64,000 nt of DNA from an uncultured Pelagibacteraceae bacterium (GCA_902595815.1 CACJRL010000006.1:4612-68611), one strand, 5' to 3'. Shown: positions 40,798-52,525, numbered from the stretch's first letter. Translations and numbers: made by a program. The notes: generated by a model from the letters alone, not told the origin.

Positions 40798-40852
40798 AGT
40801 CATTTTTAGTAAACTTTAATGACAAAAATATTTATAGATTGTTACAATTTAA

Positions 40853-41692
40853 TTAAAATAATTTAATCCCAATCACACCTATTAAAATAAATAAAATTGA
40901 TATGATTTTTTTTAAATTGATACTTTCTTTTAATAAAAAATATCCAATAAATATTGATAATAAAATACTTGTTTCTCTTAAGGATGTAACAACTGGTATT
41001 GGAGCTTTTGTAAATGCCCATACAGCCAGAGCATAACTAGCATATGATAATGTTACACCGTAAAAAAATATCATTTTACCGTCTCTATAAACCCTCTTAA
41101 TAATATCTTTTTGTCCTCTTAAACTAAGAATAAATGGGAAAATCATAGCGTTTAAAATGAAAGACCAGCTGACAAAAGATATTGCAGAATTACTCACTCT
41201 TGCACCATATCCGTCGATAAGTGAGTATGAGCCAATAAATAAACCTGTAATAAAAGAAAATTTAATTACATTTAAACTACTGTTTTTATAATCAGAAATA
41301 CCAAGAAAAAAAATTCCAAAACATATTAAAAAAATAGAGATCAAAATAAACTTATTTAAAACAACGCCTAAAAATAAAATTGAAACTACAGTTACAAATA
41401 AAGGCCCCGTGCCTCTTGCTATGGGGTAGACTTTTGTCAAATCTCCGATTTCATATGATTTAAGCAAGAACCATTGATAGCCAATGTGAACAACAATACT
41501 TGCGAAGATATAAGGTATACTTTCTATTGAGGGTGCGGGTAACAAGATGATTGCAACAATTGAAAAAGGTATATGACCTAAAATTATACCTGCTAGAGCA
41601 ACTGCTTTATCCGAGTGTTTTTTGACCATGCCATTCCAAGTGGCATGAAGTAGTGCTGCCAATAAAACGACAGAAAATACTAATGTATCCAT
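40853..41692 (-). CDS. EamA/DMT family transporter
   Basis: AALLHATWN, VYPIARGTGP, YSLIDGYGAR, LRETS. Confidence 0.9.
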   Translation of the reverse strand: MDTLVFSVVLLAALLHATWNGMVKKHSDKAVALAGIILGHIPFSIVAIILLPAPSIESIPYIFASIVVHIGYQWFLLKSYEIGDLTKVYPIARGTGPLFVTVVSILFLGVVLNKFILISIFLICFGIFFLGISDYKNSSLNVIKFSFITGLFIGSYSLIDGYGARVSNSAISFVSWSFILNAMIFPFILSLRGQKDIIKRVYRDGKMIFFYGVTLSYASYALAVWAFTKAPIPVVTSLRETSILLSIFIGYFLLKESINLKKIISILFILIGVIGIKLF

Positions 41693-41700
41693 AAAGAGTA

Positions 41701-42906
41701 TTAATTCACTCTACCGTAAATATCTTGATATCTAACTATATCTGTCTCTTTTAAAATAGGTCCAGTTTGTATTTCAATAATTTTTACTTTTTTCTCAAAT
41801 TTGTTTTCTATTCGATGAATTGCCTCTCTTGGTATGAATATTTTTTCGCCTGGTTTTTTAAAGAAATTTTTCTTATTTAATGTAATTAAAGGTTTTCCAT
41901 CAGTAATAGTCCAATATTCAGATCGATGAAAATGCTTTTGTAAGCTTAATTTAGAGTTAGGATTAACTACTAATTCCTTTACTAGAAAGTTTTTACCCTC
42001 GTATAGGTTTGTATATCTTCCCCATGGTCTATGAAAAACATTTTTTTTCTTAAAGTATTTATTTTTATTTTTTTTATATATTTTTGATATTTCAAACCAA
42101 TTACCAAGATCTGACCATTGAATACTAAGCTTTATCGCGTTTATATCTTTTGATTTTTCAAGAATTGCATAATCAAAAGATATTTCCTTACATTTATCAA
42201 AGAATTTTTTACTCAAAAAATATGTATTATTTTTAATTTTAGATTTTTCCAAAGATTTTAGACATGCTTTATAAATACTGGGCTGATATTTTTTAAAGTT
42301 ATTGATTATTGATGATTTTTTTAAATAAAACATACCAGAGTTCCAATAGCCTCCGGATTTAATTATCTTTTTAGCTTTTTGCTCTGATGGTTTTTCAATA
42401 AATTTAGTAACTTTGTTTAACCTATTTATACTTTTTGTTTTAAGATATCCGTACTCATTAGAAGGTCTTGTGGGTTTAATTCCAAATATAAATATATTTT
42501 TATCACTTAAATTTTTAGCATTTGTTTTTAAAGATCTTGTTAAAATACTTGGGTTTTCAATCAAATGGTCTGATGTAAAAAACATTATTGGCTGATCAGA
42601 TGGAATTTCTTTAATTAAAGCACTAACTAAAATTGCTGGTGCTGTATTTTTTTTAGCTGGTTCTAATATTATTTTATATTTTTTTATTTTAGATTTTTTT
42701 AATGTTTTCTTTACATCTTTTAAGTACTTAAGATTTGTACTGATAATTGGAAAATCGTAGGAGTTATTATTTATTCTTTCAAAAGCTTTTTGTAATAAAG
42801 TCCAACCACCAAAATCAATAAATTGTTTTGCTTGAGTATTTTTTAAATTGGGCCAAAGTCGTGTTCCTGCACCACCACAAAGTATTACAGGTCTAATTTT
42901 CATCAA
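41701..42906 (-). CDS. Mannose-1-phosphate guanylyltransferase / cupin (type II PMI)-like protein
   Basis: [50 protein letters not shown]. Confidence 0.88.
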   Translation of the reverse strand: MMKIRPVILCGGAGTRLWPNLKNTQAKQFIDFGGWTLLQKAFERINNNSYDFPIISTNLKYLKDVKKTLKKSKIKKYKIILEPAKKNTAPAILVSALIKEIPSDQPIMFFTSDHLIENPSILTRSLKTNAKNLSDKNIFIFGIKPTRPSNEYGYLKTKSINRLNKVTKFIEKPSEQKAKKIIKSGGYWNSGMFYLKKSSIINNFKKYQPSIYKACLKSLEKSKIKNNTYFLSKKFFDKCKEISFDYAILEKSKDINAIKLSIQWSDLGNWFEISKIYKKNKNKYFKKKNVFHRPWGRYTNLYEGKNFLVKELVVNPNSKLSLQKHFHRSEYWTITDGKPLITLNKKNFFKKPGEKIFIPREAIHRIENKFEKKVKIIEIQTGPILKETDIVRYQDIYGRVN

Positions 42907-44621
42907 ATATCAGCGTATGTTTTAACCTCGTTTTTACCACCTGGATGTGTGGGTGCACCTAAATAAGCTGGACCTACTGTTTGAGCATATTTCCAAAGAG
43001 TTCCGTTTCCAAAGTTCATTTTTCTTTGTTTCCATTTCTTTTTTCTCGCACTAAGCTCCTTTTTACTTAATCTAACGTTAATAGTTCCCTTTTTTGCATC
43101 TATATCAATTATATCTCCGTTCTTTAAAAGGGCTATTGGACCGCCTATAGAGGCCTCAGGACCTACATGGCCGATACAGAAGCCTCTTGTAGCCCCAGAG
43201 AACCTACCGTCGGTTATAAGGGCTACTTTCTCCCCTTTTCCTTGACCATAGATTGCAGCTGTTGTCTGCAACATTTCTCTCATTCCAGGACCACCCTTTG
43301 GACCTTCGTATCTAATTATAATTATATCTCCATCTTTGTATTTTCTTTCTTTTACAGCTTTGTAAGCTTTTTCTTCAGAATCAAAACATCTTGCTCTTCC
43401 AGTAAATTGTAATTTTTTCAAACCGGCAATTTTAACAATTCCACCTTCTGGAGCTAAATTACCTCTTAGTCCAACAACCCCACCAGTTGGTGTAATTGGG
43501 TTTTTATAACTTCTCATTACTTTTTGTTTTGGATTAAATTTTACATTTTTTAAATTCTCTTTCATTGTCTTTCCTGTAACGGTCATACAATCACCATGAA
43601 TATATCCACCATCGTAAAGAGTTTTTAAAAGCATTGGAACTCCTCCTGCTTCCCACATATCTTTTGCAACATATTTTCCACCAGGTTTTAAATCAGCAAG
43701 ATAAGGAGTTCTTTTAAAAATTTTTGCAACATCCATTAAATCAAATTTAATTCCAATTTCATTTGCAATAGCTGGTAAGTGTAAACCTGCATTAGTAGAT
43801 CCTCCTGTTGCAGCAACAACTGTAGCAGCATTTTCTAATGCTTTTCTTGTAACAATATCTCTTGGTCTAATATTTTTTTCTAAAAGTTTCATTACAGCTT
43901 TACCACTATTAATGGCATACTTATGTCTTTCTTTATAAGGAGCGGGAGTTCCTGCTGAATATGGTAGAGCTAATCCAATTGCTTCAGAAACACATGCCAT
44001 CGTGTTAGCAGTAAATTGACCACCACAAGCACCTGCACTTGGACAAGCTTTTAATTCTAATTTTCTAAGGGCGTGAGCTGTCATTTTTTTTGATGTATAT
44101 TTTCCAACACCTTCAAAAACATCAACAACTGTTACATCTTTACCTTCAAATCTACCTGGAAGTATTGAACCACCATAAATAAATACACTAGGAATATTTA
44201 ATCTAACCATAGACATCATTAGTCCTGGTAAAGATTTATCACATCCTGCTAAACCAACTAAAGCATCATAACAATGACCTCTTACGGTTAATTCAGTAGA
44301 ATCTGCAATTACATCTCTTGAAATCAATGAGGATTTCATTCCTTCATGACCCATAGCAATACCATCAGTAACAGTTATTGTACAAAATTCTCTAGGAGTA
44401 CCTCCTGATGAATTTACACCTTGTTTTACAAATTGAGCTTGTTTCATTAAATTAATGTTGCATGGTGCAGCCTCATTCCATGTTGAAACAACACCTACAA
44501 AAGGTTTTGCTACATCTTTCTCCGTTAAATCCATTGCATAATAAAAGGATCTTTGTGGTGCTCTATCAGCACCTACAGTTGTATATCTACTTGGTAGTTT
44601 TTTTTTGTTAAATTTCCGCAT
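42903..44621 (-). CDS. ilvD: Dihydroxy-acid dehydratase
   Basis: [46 protein letters not shown]. Confidence 0.97.
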   Translation of the reverse strand: MRKFNKKKLPSRYTTVGADRAPQRSFYYAMDLTEKDVAKPFVGVVSTWNEAAPCNINLMKQAQFVKQGVNSSGGTPREFCTITVTDGIAMGHEGMKSSLISRDVIADSTELTVRGHCYDALVGLAGCDKSLPGLMMSMVRLNIPSVFIYGGSILPGRFEGKDVTVVDVFEGVGKYTSKKMTAHALRKLELKACPSAGACGGQFTANTMACVSEAIGLALPYSAGTPAPYKERHKYAINSGKAVMKLLEKNIRPRDIVTRKALENAATVVAATGGSTNAGLHLPAIANEIGIKFDLMDVAKIFKRTPYLADLKPGGKYVAKDMWEAGGVPMLLKTLYDGGYIHGDCMTVTGKTMKENLKNVKFNPKQKVMRSYKNPITPTGGVVGLRGNLAPEGGIVKIAGLKKLQFTGRARCFDSEEKAYKAVKERKYKDGDIIIIRYEGPKGGPGMREMLQTTAAIYGQGKGEKVALITDGRFSGATRGFCIGHVGPEASIGGPIALLKNGDIIDIDAKKGTINVRLSKKELSARKKKWKQRKMNFGNGTLWKYAQTVGPAYLGAPTHPGGKNEVKTYADI

Positions 44622-47248
44622 TATAGACTTTCTAAAGTATAATTTAATTTATTAACATCTTTTTCTAAATTAATAAAGTTAGACTTTTCTTGCTCAACAA
44701 TATCATTTGGAGCTCTTTCAATAAAACTTTTATTATTTAGCCTTGTGTTAATTTTTTCCATTTCTTTTTCGATTTTATTCTTTTTATTTAATAGTGTTTC
44801 TTTAATTTTTGACAAATCTACATCTTCATCAAAGTAAATTTTAAATATTTCACCTTTAATGACCAGGTTTGCTGAAGGCTTTTTTATATCCTCAGTTACA
44901 AATTCATTAATTCTGCCAATTTTTTTTAATGTATTAGAGTTATTTTCAATAAATTTCTTAATTTCTGGATTTATTTTATTTATTAGTATTTTAACAAATG
45001 ATCCGGGGCTTATTTCTATTTCATTCTTAAATGACCTTATAGATGAAACAAATTCGATTATTTCATTTACTTCATCGGAGTCTTTATCTTTATCAGAACT
45101 AGCCTCAGACCAGTTTTTTAACATAAGAAAATCTTTTCCATCTTTATCCAACTTATTTTTCAACCATATCTCCTCAGTTAAAAACGGGATAAATGGATGC
45201 AAAATAACTAGAATTTGAGTGAATATGAAGCTAGCTACATTTCTTGTTTCTTCAATATTTTCATTATTTTCTGAATAAAAAACAGTTTTAGATAATTCTA
45301 AGTACCAATCGCAGAACGAATGCCATACAAATTGATATGCAATTCTTGCAGCCTCATCAAATCGATAACTATCTATTGATTTTTTAATCTTTTCATTAGT
45401 GTTAGTGAATTCAACAAAAATCCATTTATTAATATTTAGTTTTAAATCATTAGGCGTTTTTATATTTTCAAATTTACAATCATTTTGAATTAGAAAATTG
45501 TTAGCGTTCCATATTTTATTTAAAAAATTTCTATAACCTTTAACTCTATCCTCTGATAATTTTACATCTCGTCCAGGAGATGCCATTGACAAAAGTGTAA
45601 ATCTTAAAGCATCAGCACTATATTTTTCTATTAATTCTAATGGATCAATTACATTGCCTTTAGACTTTGACATTTTTTGACCTTTTTCATCTCTAACTAA
45701 TGCATGAACATAAATATTTTTAAAAGGTTCTTTATTTTGAAATTCCATTCCAAACATAATCATTCTTGCAACCCAAAAGAATATTATATCAAATCCTGTT
45801 ACCAATACTGAAGTTGGATAAAATTTTTCTAAATATTCATTTTTTTCTGGCCATCCTAGAGTTGCAAAAGGCCATAAACCAGATGAAAACCATGTATCAA
45901 GAACATCTGGATCTCTAATTAATTCAACATCTTTTTTATAATGTTCTTTAGCTAATTTATTTGCACCTTCTTCTGTTTCATCTACAAATATTTCTCCATC
46001 AGGTCCATACCATGCAGGTATTTGATGACCCCACCAAAGCTGTCTTGAAATACACCATGGTTCTATATTATCCATCCATTGAAAATATGTTTTTGTCCAA
46101 TTAACAGGAAAAAAATTAGTTGTTTTATTATTTACTATTTCTTTAGCTTTTATTGAAAGTTTCTTAGCATCTGCAAACCATTGCTCCGTTAAATAAGGTT
46201 CAATTATAGAATTAGATCTATCGCCATAAGGAACTTTATTTTTAATTTTCTCTTCTTTAACAAATAAGTTTTTATCAGAAAGTTCTTTTAAAATTCTTTT
46301 TCTAGCTTCAAATCTATCAAGTCCAATATAATTATCAGGTGCATTTTCATTAATTTTTCCATCTGGCGTGAAAACATTTATGACTTCTAAATTATTTCTC
46401 TCCCCCACTTCATAATCATTGAAATCATGTGCTGGCGTAATTTTAACAGCTCCAGTCCCTTGTTCAGGATCTGCATAATCATCTTCAATAATTTTTATTT
46501 TTCTATCAACTATTGGAACTATTACATTTTTATTTACTAATGATTTAAATCTTTCATCTGATGGATTAACTGCAACTGCTGTGTCTCCTAACATTGTTTC
46601 CGGTCTAGTAGTTGCAATAGTTATAAATTTATCTGTTCCCTCGATTGGATAATTGATGTGGTATAGCTTTGAATTAACTTCTCTTTGATCTACTTCTAAA
46701 TCCGATATAGCTGTTTTTAAAACAGTGTCCCAATTTACTAATTTTTTTGATTTATAAATTAATCCATTTTTATACATTTCAACAAAAACTTTTAATACAG
46801 ATTTTGATAGATTTTCGTCCATGGTGAAGGCATTTCTAGACCAATCACAAGAACAGCCTAATTTTTTTAATTGATTAATTATTATGTCACCATATTGACC
46901 TTTCCATTCCCAAACTTTTTCGATGAATTTTTCTCTCCCTAAATCATTTTTATCTATACCTTCAGATTTAAGTTTTTTTTCTACTAATGCCTGTGTAGCA
47001 ATACCCGCATGGTCGGTTCCAGGTTGCCATAAAGTTTCAAAATTATTCATTCGATGATAACGAGTTAATAAGTCTTGAATAGAATTATTTAGTGCATGTC
47101 CCATATGAAGACTACCAGTTACATTTGGTGGTGGGATAACTATAGAAAATTGTTTTTTGTTAGATTTTGGTTTAAATAATTTTTTTTCTTCCCAATAAGA
47201 ATAAATCTTATTTTCAACATTTTCGTGAATATATTTGTCTGAACTCAT
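44621..47248 (-). CDS. valS: Valine--tRNA ligase
   Basis: [38 protein letters not shown]-terminal coiled coil. Confidence 0.98.
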   Translation of the reverse strand: MSSDKYIHENVENKIYSYWEEKKLFKPKSNKKQFSIVIPPPNVTGSLHMGHALNNSIQDLLTRYHRMNNFETLWQPGTDHAGIATQALVEKKLKSEGIDKNDLGREKFIEKVWEWKGQYGDIIINQLKKLGCSCDWSRNAFTMDENLSKSVLKVFVEMYKNGLIYKSKKLVNWDTVLKTAISDLEVDQREVNSKLYHINYPIEGTDKFITIATTRPETMLGDTAVAVNPSDERFKSLVNKNVIVPIVDRKIKIIEDDYADPEQGTGAVKITPAHDFNDYEVGERNNLEVINVFTPDGKINENAPDNYIGLDRFEARKRILKELSDKNLFVKEEKIKNKVPYGDRSNSIIEPYLTEQWFADAKKLSIKAKEIVNNKTTNFFPVNWTKTYFQWMDNIEPWCISRQLWWGHQIPAWYGPDGEIFVDETEEGANKLAKEHYKKDVELIRDPDVLDTWFSSGLWPFATLGWPEKNEYLEKFYPTSVLVTGFDIIFFWVARMIMFGMEFQNKEPFKNIYVHALVRDEKGQKMSKSKGNVIDPLELIEKYSADALRFTLLSMASPGRDVKLSEDRVKGYRNFLNKIWNANNFLIQNDCKFENIKTPNDLKLNINKWIFVEFTNTNEKIKKSIDSYRFDEAARIAYQFVWHSFCDWYLELSKTVFYSENNENIEETRNVASFIFTQILVILHPFIPFLTEEIWLKNKLDKDGKDFLMLKNWSEASSDKDKDSDEVNEIIEFVSSIRSFKNEIEISPGSFVKILINKINPEIKKFIENNSNTLKKIGRINEFVTEDIKKPSANLVIKGEIFKIYFDEDVDLSKIKETLLNKKNKIEKEMEKINTRLNNKSFIERAPNDIVEQEKSNFINLEKDVNKLNYTLESL

Positions 47249-47363
47249 GGATAATTATTTTATAAATTAATCATATCAATAAACAACAATGAAATTATCC
47301 GTTAAATTTATAGACTAAATTATAAAATTAATTATATATGTCCTCATTGAATATTTAATTCAT

Positions 47364-47437
47364 GGCAACGTGGCGGAATGGTTACGCAGAGGATTGCAAA
47401 TCCTTGTATCCCGGTTCGATTCCGGGCGTTGCCTCCA
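47364..47437 (+). tRNA. tRNA-Cys (GCA)
   Basis: GGCAACG/CGTTGCC acceptor stem, anticodon loop TTGCAAA, GGTTCGATTCC, encoded CCA. Confidence 0.97.
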
Positions 47438-47490
47438 CAATTTATTTTTGTTGAGATAATATAAAAAAAAAGTAAGTTGTGATTTTACAT

Positions 47491-47566
47491 TCCTCGGTAG
47501 CTCAGTTGGTAGAGCAGTTGACTGTTAATCAATTGGTCGCAGGTTCGAGTCCTGCCCGAGGAGCCA
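47491..47566 (+). tRNA. tRNA-Asn (GTT)
   Basis: TCCTCGG/CCGAGGA acceptor stem, loop CTGTTAA, GGTTCGAGTCC, CCA. Confidence 0.97.
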
Positions 47567-47578
47567 ATTAAAAACTAG

Positions 47579-47953
47579 TTATCCTGTTTTAGAAATATTT
47601 GCCTGGTTGATCTGAATATTTTTACTAAACTTAATTTTTTGGTCTTGAGTAAGTTCAGAATAAACTTTAACTAAAAAATTATAGTTAACATTCATATGAC
47701 CTTCCTTAGATTTTTCCAAATTTATTAAATATTCTGAAAAATCCTCAAAAAAATAGTTTATTGGCACTTTAAGATAATTAGATAGTTGTAATAATCTAAT
47801 AGAGCTTACACCATTTGTTCCTTTTTCATATTTTTGAATTTGTTGAAATGTAACATTTATTGCTTTTGCGACTTTAGTTTGAGTTAAACCTAAAGCCAAA
47901 CGTCTAAGTTTTAATTTATTACCTAGATGTTTATTGAAATTTTCTTCCATCAA
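47579..47953 (-). CDS. XRE-family helix-turn-helix transcriptional regulator
   Basis: LGLTQTKVAKAINVTFQQIQKYEKGTN. Confidence 0.92.
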   Translation of the reverse strand: MMEENFNKHLGNKLKLRRLALGLTQTKVAKAINVTFQQIQKYEKGTNGVSSIRLLQLSNYLKVPINYFFEDFSEYLINLEKSKEGHMNVNYNFLVKVYSELTQDQKIKFSKNIQINQANISKTG

Positions 47954-48095
47954 AGACCCCTCTTTAATTAAAAATAATATTTAGAGTTAATAGAAATCAA
48001 AAAGTTATTTCAAGTAAAATAATTTTAAAAAGAATAATAATTTTTAAGATTTTATAAAGCTGTCAAGCGACTTTTTAGCAATTTAGTTATAATTT

Positions 48096-48830
48096 TTATA
48101 ATATTTGGCTCAAAAAAAGCTTTGTTCTATCGCTTTTTGGGTTAGCAAAAAACTCTTTTGTTTCTGCCTGTTCTACAATCATGCCTTCATCCATAAAAAT
48201 AACTTCATCTGCAACTTCTTTTGCAAACCCCATCTCATGTGTTACAACAATCATAGTCATACCAGCCTTAGCTAAATTAACCATTGCATCTAAAACTTCT
48301 TTAATCATTTCAGGGTCTAATGCTGATGTTGGTTCATCAAAAAGCATTATTTTTGGCTCCATACATAACGCTCTTGCTATTGCACATCTTTGTTGTTGAC
48401 CACCAGAAAGTTGGCCTGGATATTTGTATGCTTGATCAGCAATTTGAACTTTTTCTAAATGTTTTAAAGCTAATGCCTCAGCATCTTTTTTTGGCATTTT
48501 TTTTACCCATATTGGAGCTAATGTACAATTATCCAATATTGATAAATGAGGAAATAAATTAAACTGTTGAAAAACCATTCCAACTTCAGCTCTTATTTGT
48601 TCTATATTTTTTGTCTCTTCAGTTAATTCAGTTCCATCAACAACAATTGAACCTTCTTGGTGTTCTTCAAGTCTATTAATACATCTAATTAATGTCGATT
48701 TACCTGAACCAGAGGGACCACAAACAACAATTTTTTTGTTTTTTTCAACGTCTAAATTAATGTTTTTTAAGACTTGGAAATCTCCAAACCATTTATTCAT
48801 TTCTTTTATTTGAATTATTTTATCTGACAT
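48096..48830 (-). CDS. aapP: General L-amino acid ABC transporter ATP-binding protein (AapP/YhdZ)
   Basis: [38 protein letters not shown]. Confidence 0.93.
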   Translation of the reverse strand: MSDKIIQIKEMNKWFGDFQVLKNINLDVEKNKKIVVCGPSGSGKSTLIRCINRLEEHQEGSIVVDGTELTEETKNIEQIRAEVGMVFQQFNLFPHLSILDNCTLAPIWVKKMPKKDAEALALKHLEKVQIADQAYKYPGQLSGGQQQRCAIARALCMEPKIMLFDEPTSALDPEMIKEVLDAMVNLAKAGMTMIVVTHEMGFAKEVADEVIFMDEGMIVEQAETKEFFANPKSDRTKLFLSQIL

Positions 48831-50272
48831 TATCTCTCAGTTTTATATTTTTGCTCTAAATTATAACTATATTTACTCATTGCATAGCAAATAATAAAAA
48901 ATACTATTGAAGCAAATACATACCCTTCCATTGCAAAACCTAACCATTCAGGATTTGTTTTTGCTAAATTAAGCATTCCTACAATTTCTAAGAGTCCTAC
49001 AACAAAAATTAGAGGTGTATCTTTTACAAGTGCCAAAAATGTATTTGCTATACCCGGAATTACTAATTTAAGAGCTTGTGGTAAGATAACAAATATATGC
49101 ATTTTCCAGTAACCCATTCCTAAAGATTTTGCAGCATCATATTGCCCTCTAGGTAAAGCCTGTAAACCACCTCTTATTACTTCAGCTACATAAGCAGCTT
49201 CAAATAATGATATAGCAATGATAACTCTTACTAGTTTATCAATAAACATGTCTTCTGGAAGAAACATTGGAAACATAACAGAAGACATAAATAAAACTGT
49301 GATTAAAGGTACCCCTCTCCAAAATTCTATAAATCCTATAGAAATATATTTAATTATTGGTAGGTCAGATCTTCTCCCTAATGATAAGAATAAACCTACT
49401 GGAAAACAGAATATTAAACAGAAAAATGAAACTATAAAAGTCAATGATAAACCACCCCAGGCTCCTGTCTCAACCCATTCGAAGGCTTGTATCTTTCCCA
49501 ATTCAATTAATTCTTCGTAAAAAAATACATACTTTAATAATATATAAATTGTGATTGGTATTATTATAAAATAATACATTTTAAATTTTGAAGGAATAAA
49601 AATACCTATTACAATTGAGATCACTGCTGCAATAATTCCATATGAAAAGTCAAAAAAGATTGGACCACCTGAAATAAAAAAGAATATAAATAAAAAAGCA
49701 ATTACCGGATAAACAACAACATAATACAATGTCAGATATTTTTTAAATTTTTCTGATGCAAAAAACCCTACACCACCAAGAAAGGCAAGAGCTATAAATG
49801 ATAAATTTATTCTCCACTGTTCTGCATTTGGATACATGCCGTACATAAATCTATTAAACCAGGTTTTTATATAAGCCCAACATGCTCCAGAGCCAGAACA
49901 AGCATCTTTTGAGTCACCGGCAAAATTTGCATCAATTATAAACCAACTCAAAAGTGGTGGAATTGATTTTATAACAGCAAAAATAATTAATAATGATAAG
50001 AGAGCATTAAATTTGTTTGTATTAATATTTTTATTAATTATGTCTAAAAACTTTATACCCGAGTATTCAATTCTAATTAAATGCAAACCAATAAAACCTA
50101 TTATTAGAGGTAAAAAGTAACTTATTGTTCCTGGTAGAAAACTAGTCAAATCTAAACTAAAAAAAGAGTTTAAGAATACAATTAAAATACTTATAGAAAA
50201 TAAACTAATGCCTAAATACAAGTATACATAAAGATTATTTTTGTCCGGTGTTAAAAAATTTAATTTATTCAT
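48830..50272 (-). CDS. aapM: General L-amino acid ABC transporter permease (AapM/YhdY)
   Basis: [34 protein letters not shown]. Confidence 0.92.
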   Translation of the reverse strand: MNKLNFLTPDKNNLYVYLYLGISLFSISILIVFLNSFFSLDLTSFLPGTISYFLPLIIGFIGLHLIRIEYSGIKFLDIINKNINTNKFNALLSLLIIFAVIKSIPPLLSWFIIDANFAGDSKDACSGSGACWAYIKTWFNRFMYGMYPNAEQWRINLSFIALAFLGGVGFFASEKFKKYLTLYYVVVYPVIAFLFIFFFISGGPIFFDFSYGIIAAVISIVIGIFIPSKFKMYYFIIIPITIYILLKYVFFYEELIELGKIQAFEWVETGAWGGLSLTFIVSFFCLIFCFPVGLFLSLGRRSDLPIIKYISIGFIEFWRGVPLITVLFMSSVMFPMFLPEDMFIDKLVRVIIAISLFEAAYVAEVIRGGLQALPRGQYDAAKSLGMGYWKMHIFVILPQALKLVIPGIANTFLALVKDTPLIFVVGLLEIVGMLNLAKTNPEWLGFAMEGYVFASIVFFIICYAMSKYSYNLEQKYKTER

Positions 50273-51417
50273 TATTTTTCTTTAATTGCTATTTTTTTAT
50301 TATACCAATTCATAAATATTGAGATTGTTATACTCAGCGTTAAATAAGTTAACATTGTAATTGAAACAATCTCTATTGCTCTTCCTGTTTGCATTAAAGC
50401 AGTACCTGCAAAAACAAGTACTAAGTCAGGATATGCAATAGCAGCAGCAAGCGAAGAATTCTTTGTTAAATTTAAATATTGATTGGTTGTTGGAGGAATT
50501 ATAATCCTCAATGCTTGAGGCATAACGACTAATTTAAGAACTTGATTAGGAGTTAAACCAATTGAGGCCGCAGCTTCTTTTTGACCTTTGCTAACACCTT
50601 GAACTCCAGCCCTTACACATTCAGCGATAAAAGTTGCAGTATATAAAGATAAAGCTAATGCTAATGAAATTAATTCAGGAGGTAATTTAAGACCTCCTTT
50701 ATAGGTAAAAGATGTTTGTGATAATTGTTCAATAACTGGTATTTCTACAGTTGCATCAACTCCACCTAGTAAAAAGCTTAATAATGGTAAAATAATTAAA
50801 AGACCAATTGATATTGATAAAACTGGTGTTTGAATACCTTGATTTTCCTGCTTTTTTTTAGCGTACAATCTAACAAAAACTATTGCGACGATTGCTGCTA
50901 TTACTGAATAGATAAAAATATCTAGGTTGTTCCAAACAAAAGCTGGAACAAAAAAACCTTTTATAGTTAAAAAGAAAACTCCAAATATTGGTTCTGCTTT
51001 TTCTGGTAATGGTAATGCCCTTAATGCTGCAAAATACCAAAAAAATATTTGTAATAATAAAGGAATGTTTCTAAAAAATTCCACATAAATTGCTGCAGTT
51101 CTCTCAATCAAGTAATTGCTTGATAATCTAGCTATTCCTACAATAACTCCAATTATAGTTGCAAATACAATTCCAATAACTGAAACTAAAATAGTATTTA
51201 ATAATCCAACTAGATAAGCTCTAAAATAAGAATGTGAGCCATCATATTCTATAAGAGAAAACTGTACGTCAAATGACGACTCTTGAGACAAAAATCCATA
51301 ACCAAATGTGATACCCCTGTTTTCCATATTAACTTGAGCGTTATATGAAAAGAAACCAAATACTAGGATAACAACAACTAGAGTAAGTAACTGGGGTAAT
51401 ATTTTCTTAAAATTCAC
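50272..51417 (-). CDS. aapQ: General L-amino acid ABC transporter permease (AapQ/YhdX, GTG start)
   Basis: VGLLNT, FRNIPLLLQ, QALRIIIPP, LTKNSSLA. Confidence 0.93.
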   Translation of the reverse strand: MNFKKILPQLLTLVVVILVFGFFSYNAQVNMENRGITFGYGFLSQESSFDVQFSLIEYDGSHSYFRAYLVGLLNTILVSVIGIVFATIIGVIVGIARLSSNYLIERTAAIYVEFFRNIPLLLQIFFWYFAALRALPLPEKAEPIFGVFFLTIKGFFVPAFVWNNLDIFIYSVIAAIVAIVFVRLYAKKKQENQGIQTPVLSISIGLLIILPLLSFLLGGVDATVEIPVIEQLSQTSFTYKGGLKLPPELISLALALSLYTATFIAECVRAGVQGVSKGQKEAAASIGLTPNQVLKLVVMPQALRIIIPPTTNQYLNLTKNSSLAAAIAYPDLVLVFAGTALMQTGRAIEIVSITMLTYLTLSITISIFMNWYNKKIAIKEK

Positions 51418-51433
51418 AATTAGTATGGTTTAT

Positions 51434-51462
51434 AAAAAAAAGGGCTAGAAAAATCTAGCCCT
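51434..51462 (-). terminator. Intercistronic terminator/stabilising hairpin after aapJ
   Basis: AGGGCTAGA-AAAA-TCTAGCCCT perfect stem with a U tract on the minus strand. Confidence 0.88.
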
Positions 51463-51484
51463 CTTTATATTCTTTTAAAAAGAA

Positions 51485-52525
51485 TTATCTTGCTGGTGGT
51501 ACGTATAGTATTCCACCTTTTGTCCATAACTGATTTGGACCTCTGTCAGGTAGAATTCCAGTATCAGCTATATTTCTTTTATAGCTTTCACCGTAGTTAC
51601 CAACTTGCTTGATTATTCTTAAACTCCACTCATTATCTAAACCTAGAGCAGCTCCTAATTCACCTTCAGCACCAACTAATCTTTTTACAGCTGGATTATC
51701 CGAAGTTTTCATAGAATCAGCATTTGCTGATGTTACGCCATACTCTTCAGCTTCGATCATAGTGTTTAGTGACCATCTTACGATATCTTCCCAAACAGAA
51801 TCACCTTGTCTAACAACTGGGCCTAATGGCTCTTTTGAAATAGTTTCAGGTAATACCATGTGGTCATCTGGGTTACTCAATTTAATTCTTTGAGCAGCTA
51901 AACCAGATTTATCTGTTGTATATGTATCACATCTACCCGCATCATAAGCGGCTACAACTTCGTCGGCTTTTTCGAAAGTAACTGGCTCATATTTGATTCC
52001 TTTTGAATTAAAGAAATCTCTCATATTAAGCTCAGTTGTAGTTCCAAGGTTAGTACATGCAGAAACACCAGCTTTGAAATCATTTACTGATGAGATTCCT
52101 GAATTTTTTCTAACCATAAAACCTTGACCATCATAGAAGTTTACTCCTACGAAAGTAAGACCGATATCCGCATCCCTTGAAAGAGTCCAAGTTGTGTTTC
52201 TTGATAGAATATCTATCTCGTTAGATGTTAATGCAGTAAATCTTTCTTTAGCACTTAGCGGCGTAAATTTAACTTTACTTGCATCACCTAGTACCGCAGC
52301 AGCTACTGCTCTACATACATCAACGTCAACACCAGTCCAGTTTCCTGCAGCATCAGCATTAGAAAATCCTGGTAGACCTTGTGAAACACCACATCTCACA
52401 AAACCTTTTTTTTGTGTGTTTTTAAGAGTTTTTGACTTTTTTGCAGCCATAGTCTCTGTTGTGAAAGTGAACAAAACAGCAAACATAGCAACAACTGAAG
52501 TCAATCGTTTTACTAATTTAAACAT
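51485..52525 (-). CDS. aapJ: General L-amino acid ABC transporter substrate-binding protein (AapJ/YhdW)
   Basis: CGVSQGLPGFS, DVCRAVAAAV, RNTTWT, YDGQGF, ISKEPLGP, VGNYGE. Confidence 0.95.
   Translation of the reverse strand: MFKLVKRLTSVVAMFAVLFTFTTETMAAKKSKTLKNTQKKGFVRCGVSQGLPGFSNADAAGNWTGVDVDVCRAVAAAVLGDASKVKFTPLSAKERFTALTSNEIDILSRNTTWTLSRDADIGLTFVGVNFYDGQGFMVRKNSGISSVNDFKAGVSACTNLGTTTELNMRDFFNSKGIKYEPVTFEKADEVVAAYDAGRCDTYTTDKSGLAAQRIKLSNPDDHMVLPETISKEPLGPVVRQGDSVWEDIVRWSLNTMIEAEEYGVTSANADSMKTSDNPAVKRLVGAEGELGAALGLDNEWSLRIIKQVGNYGESYKRNIADTGILPDRGPNQLWTKGGILYVPPAR

Noticed and set aside
47364-47953. tRNA pair next to an XRE regulator as a possible prophage or island attachment site
   Set aside because: No integrase, no duplicated tRNA 3' end and no phage genes seen; the regulator is a common chromosomal alphaproteobacterial type.
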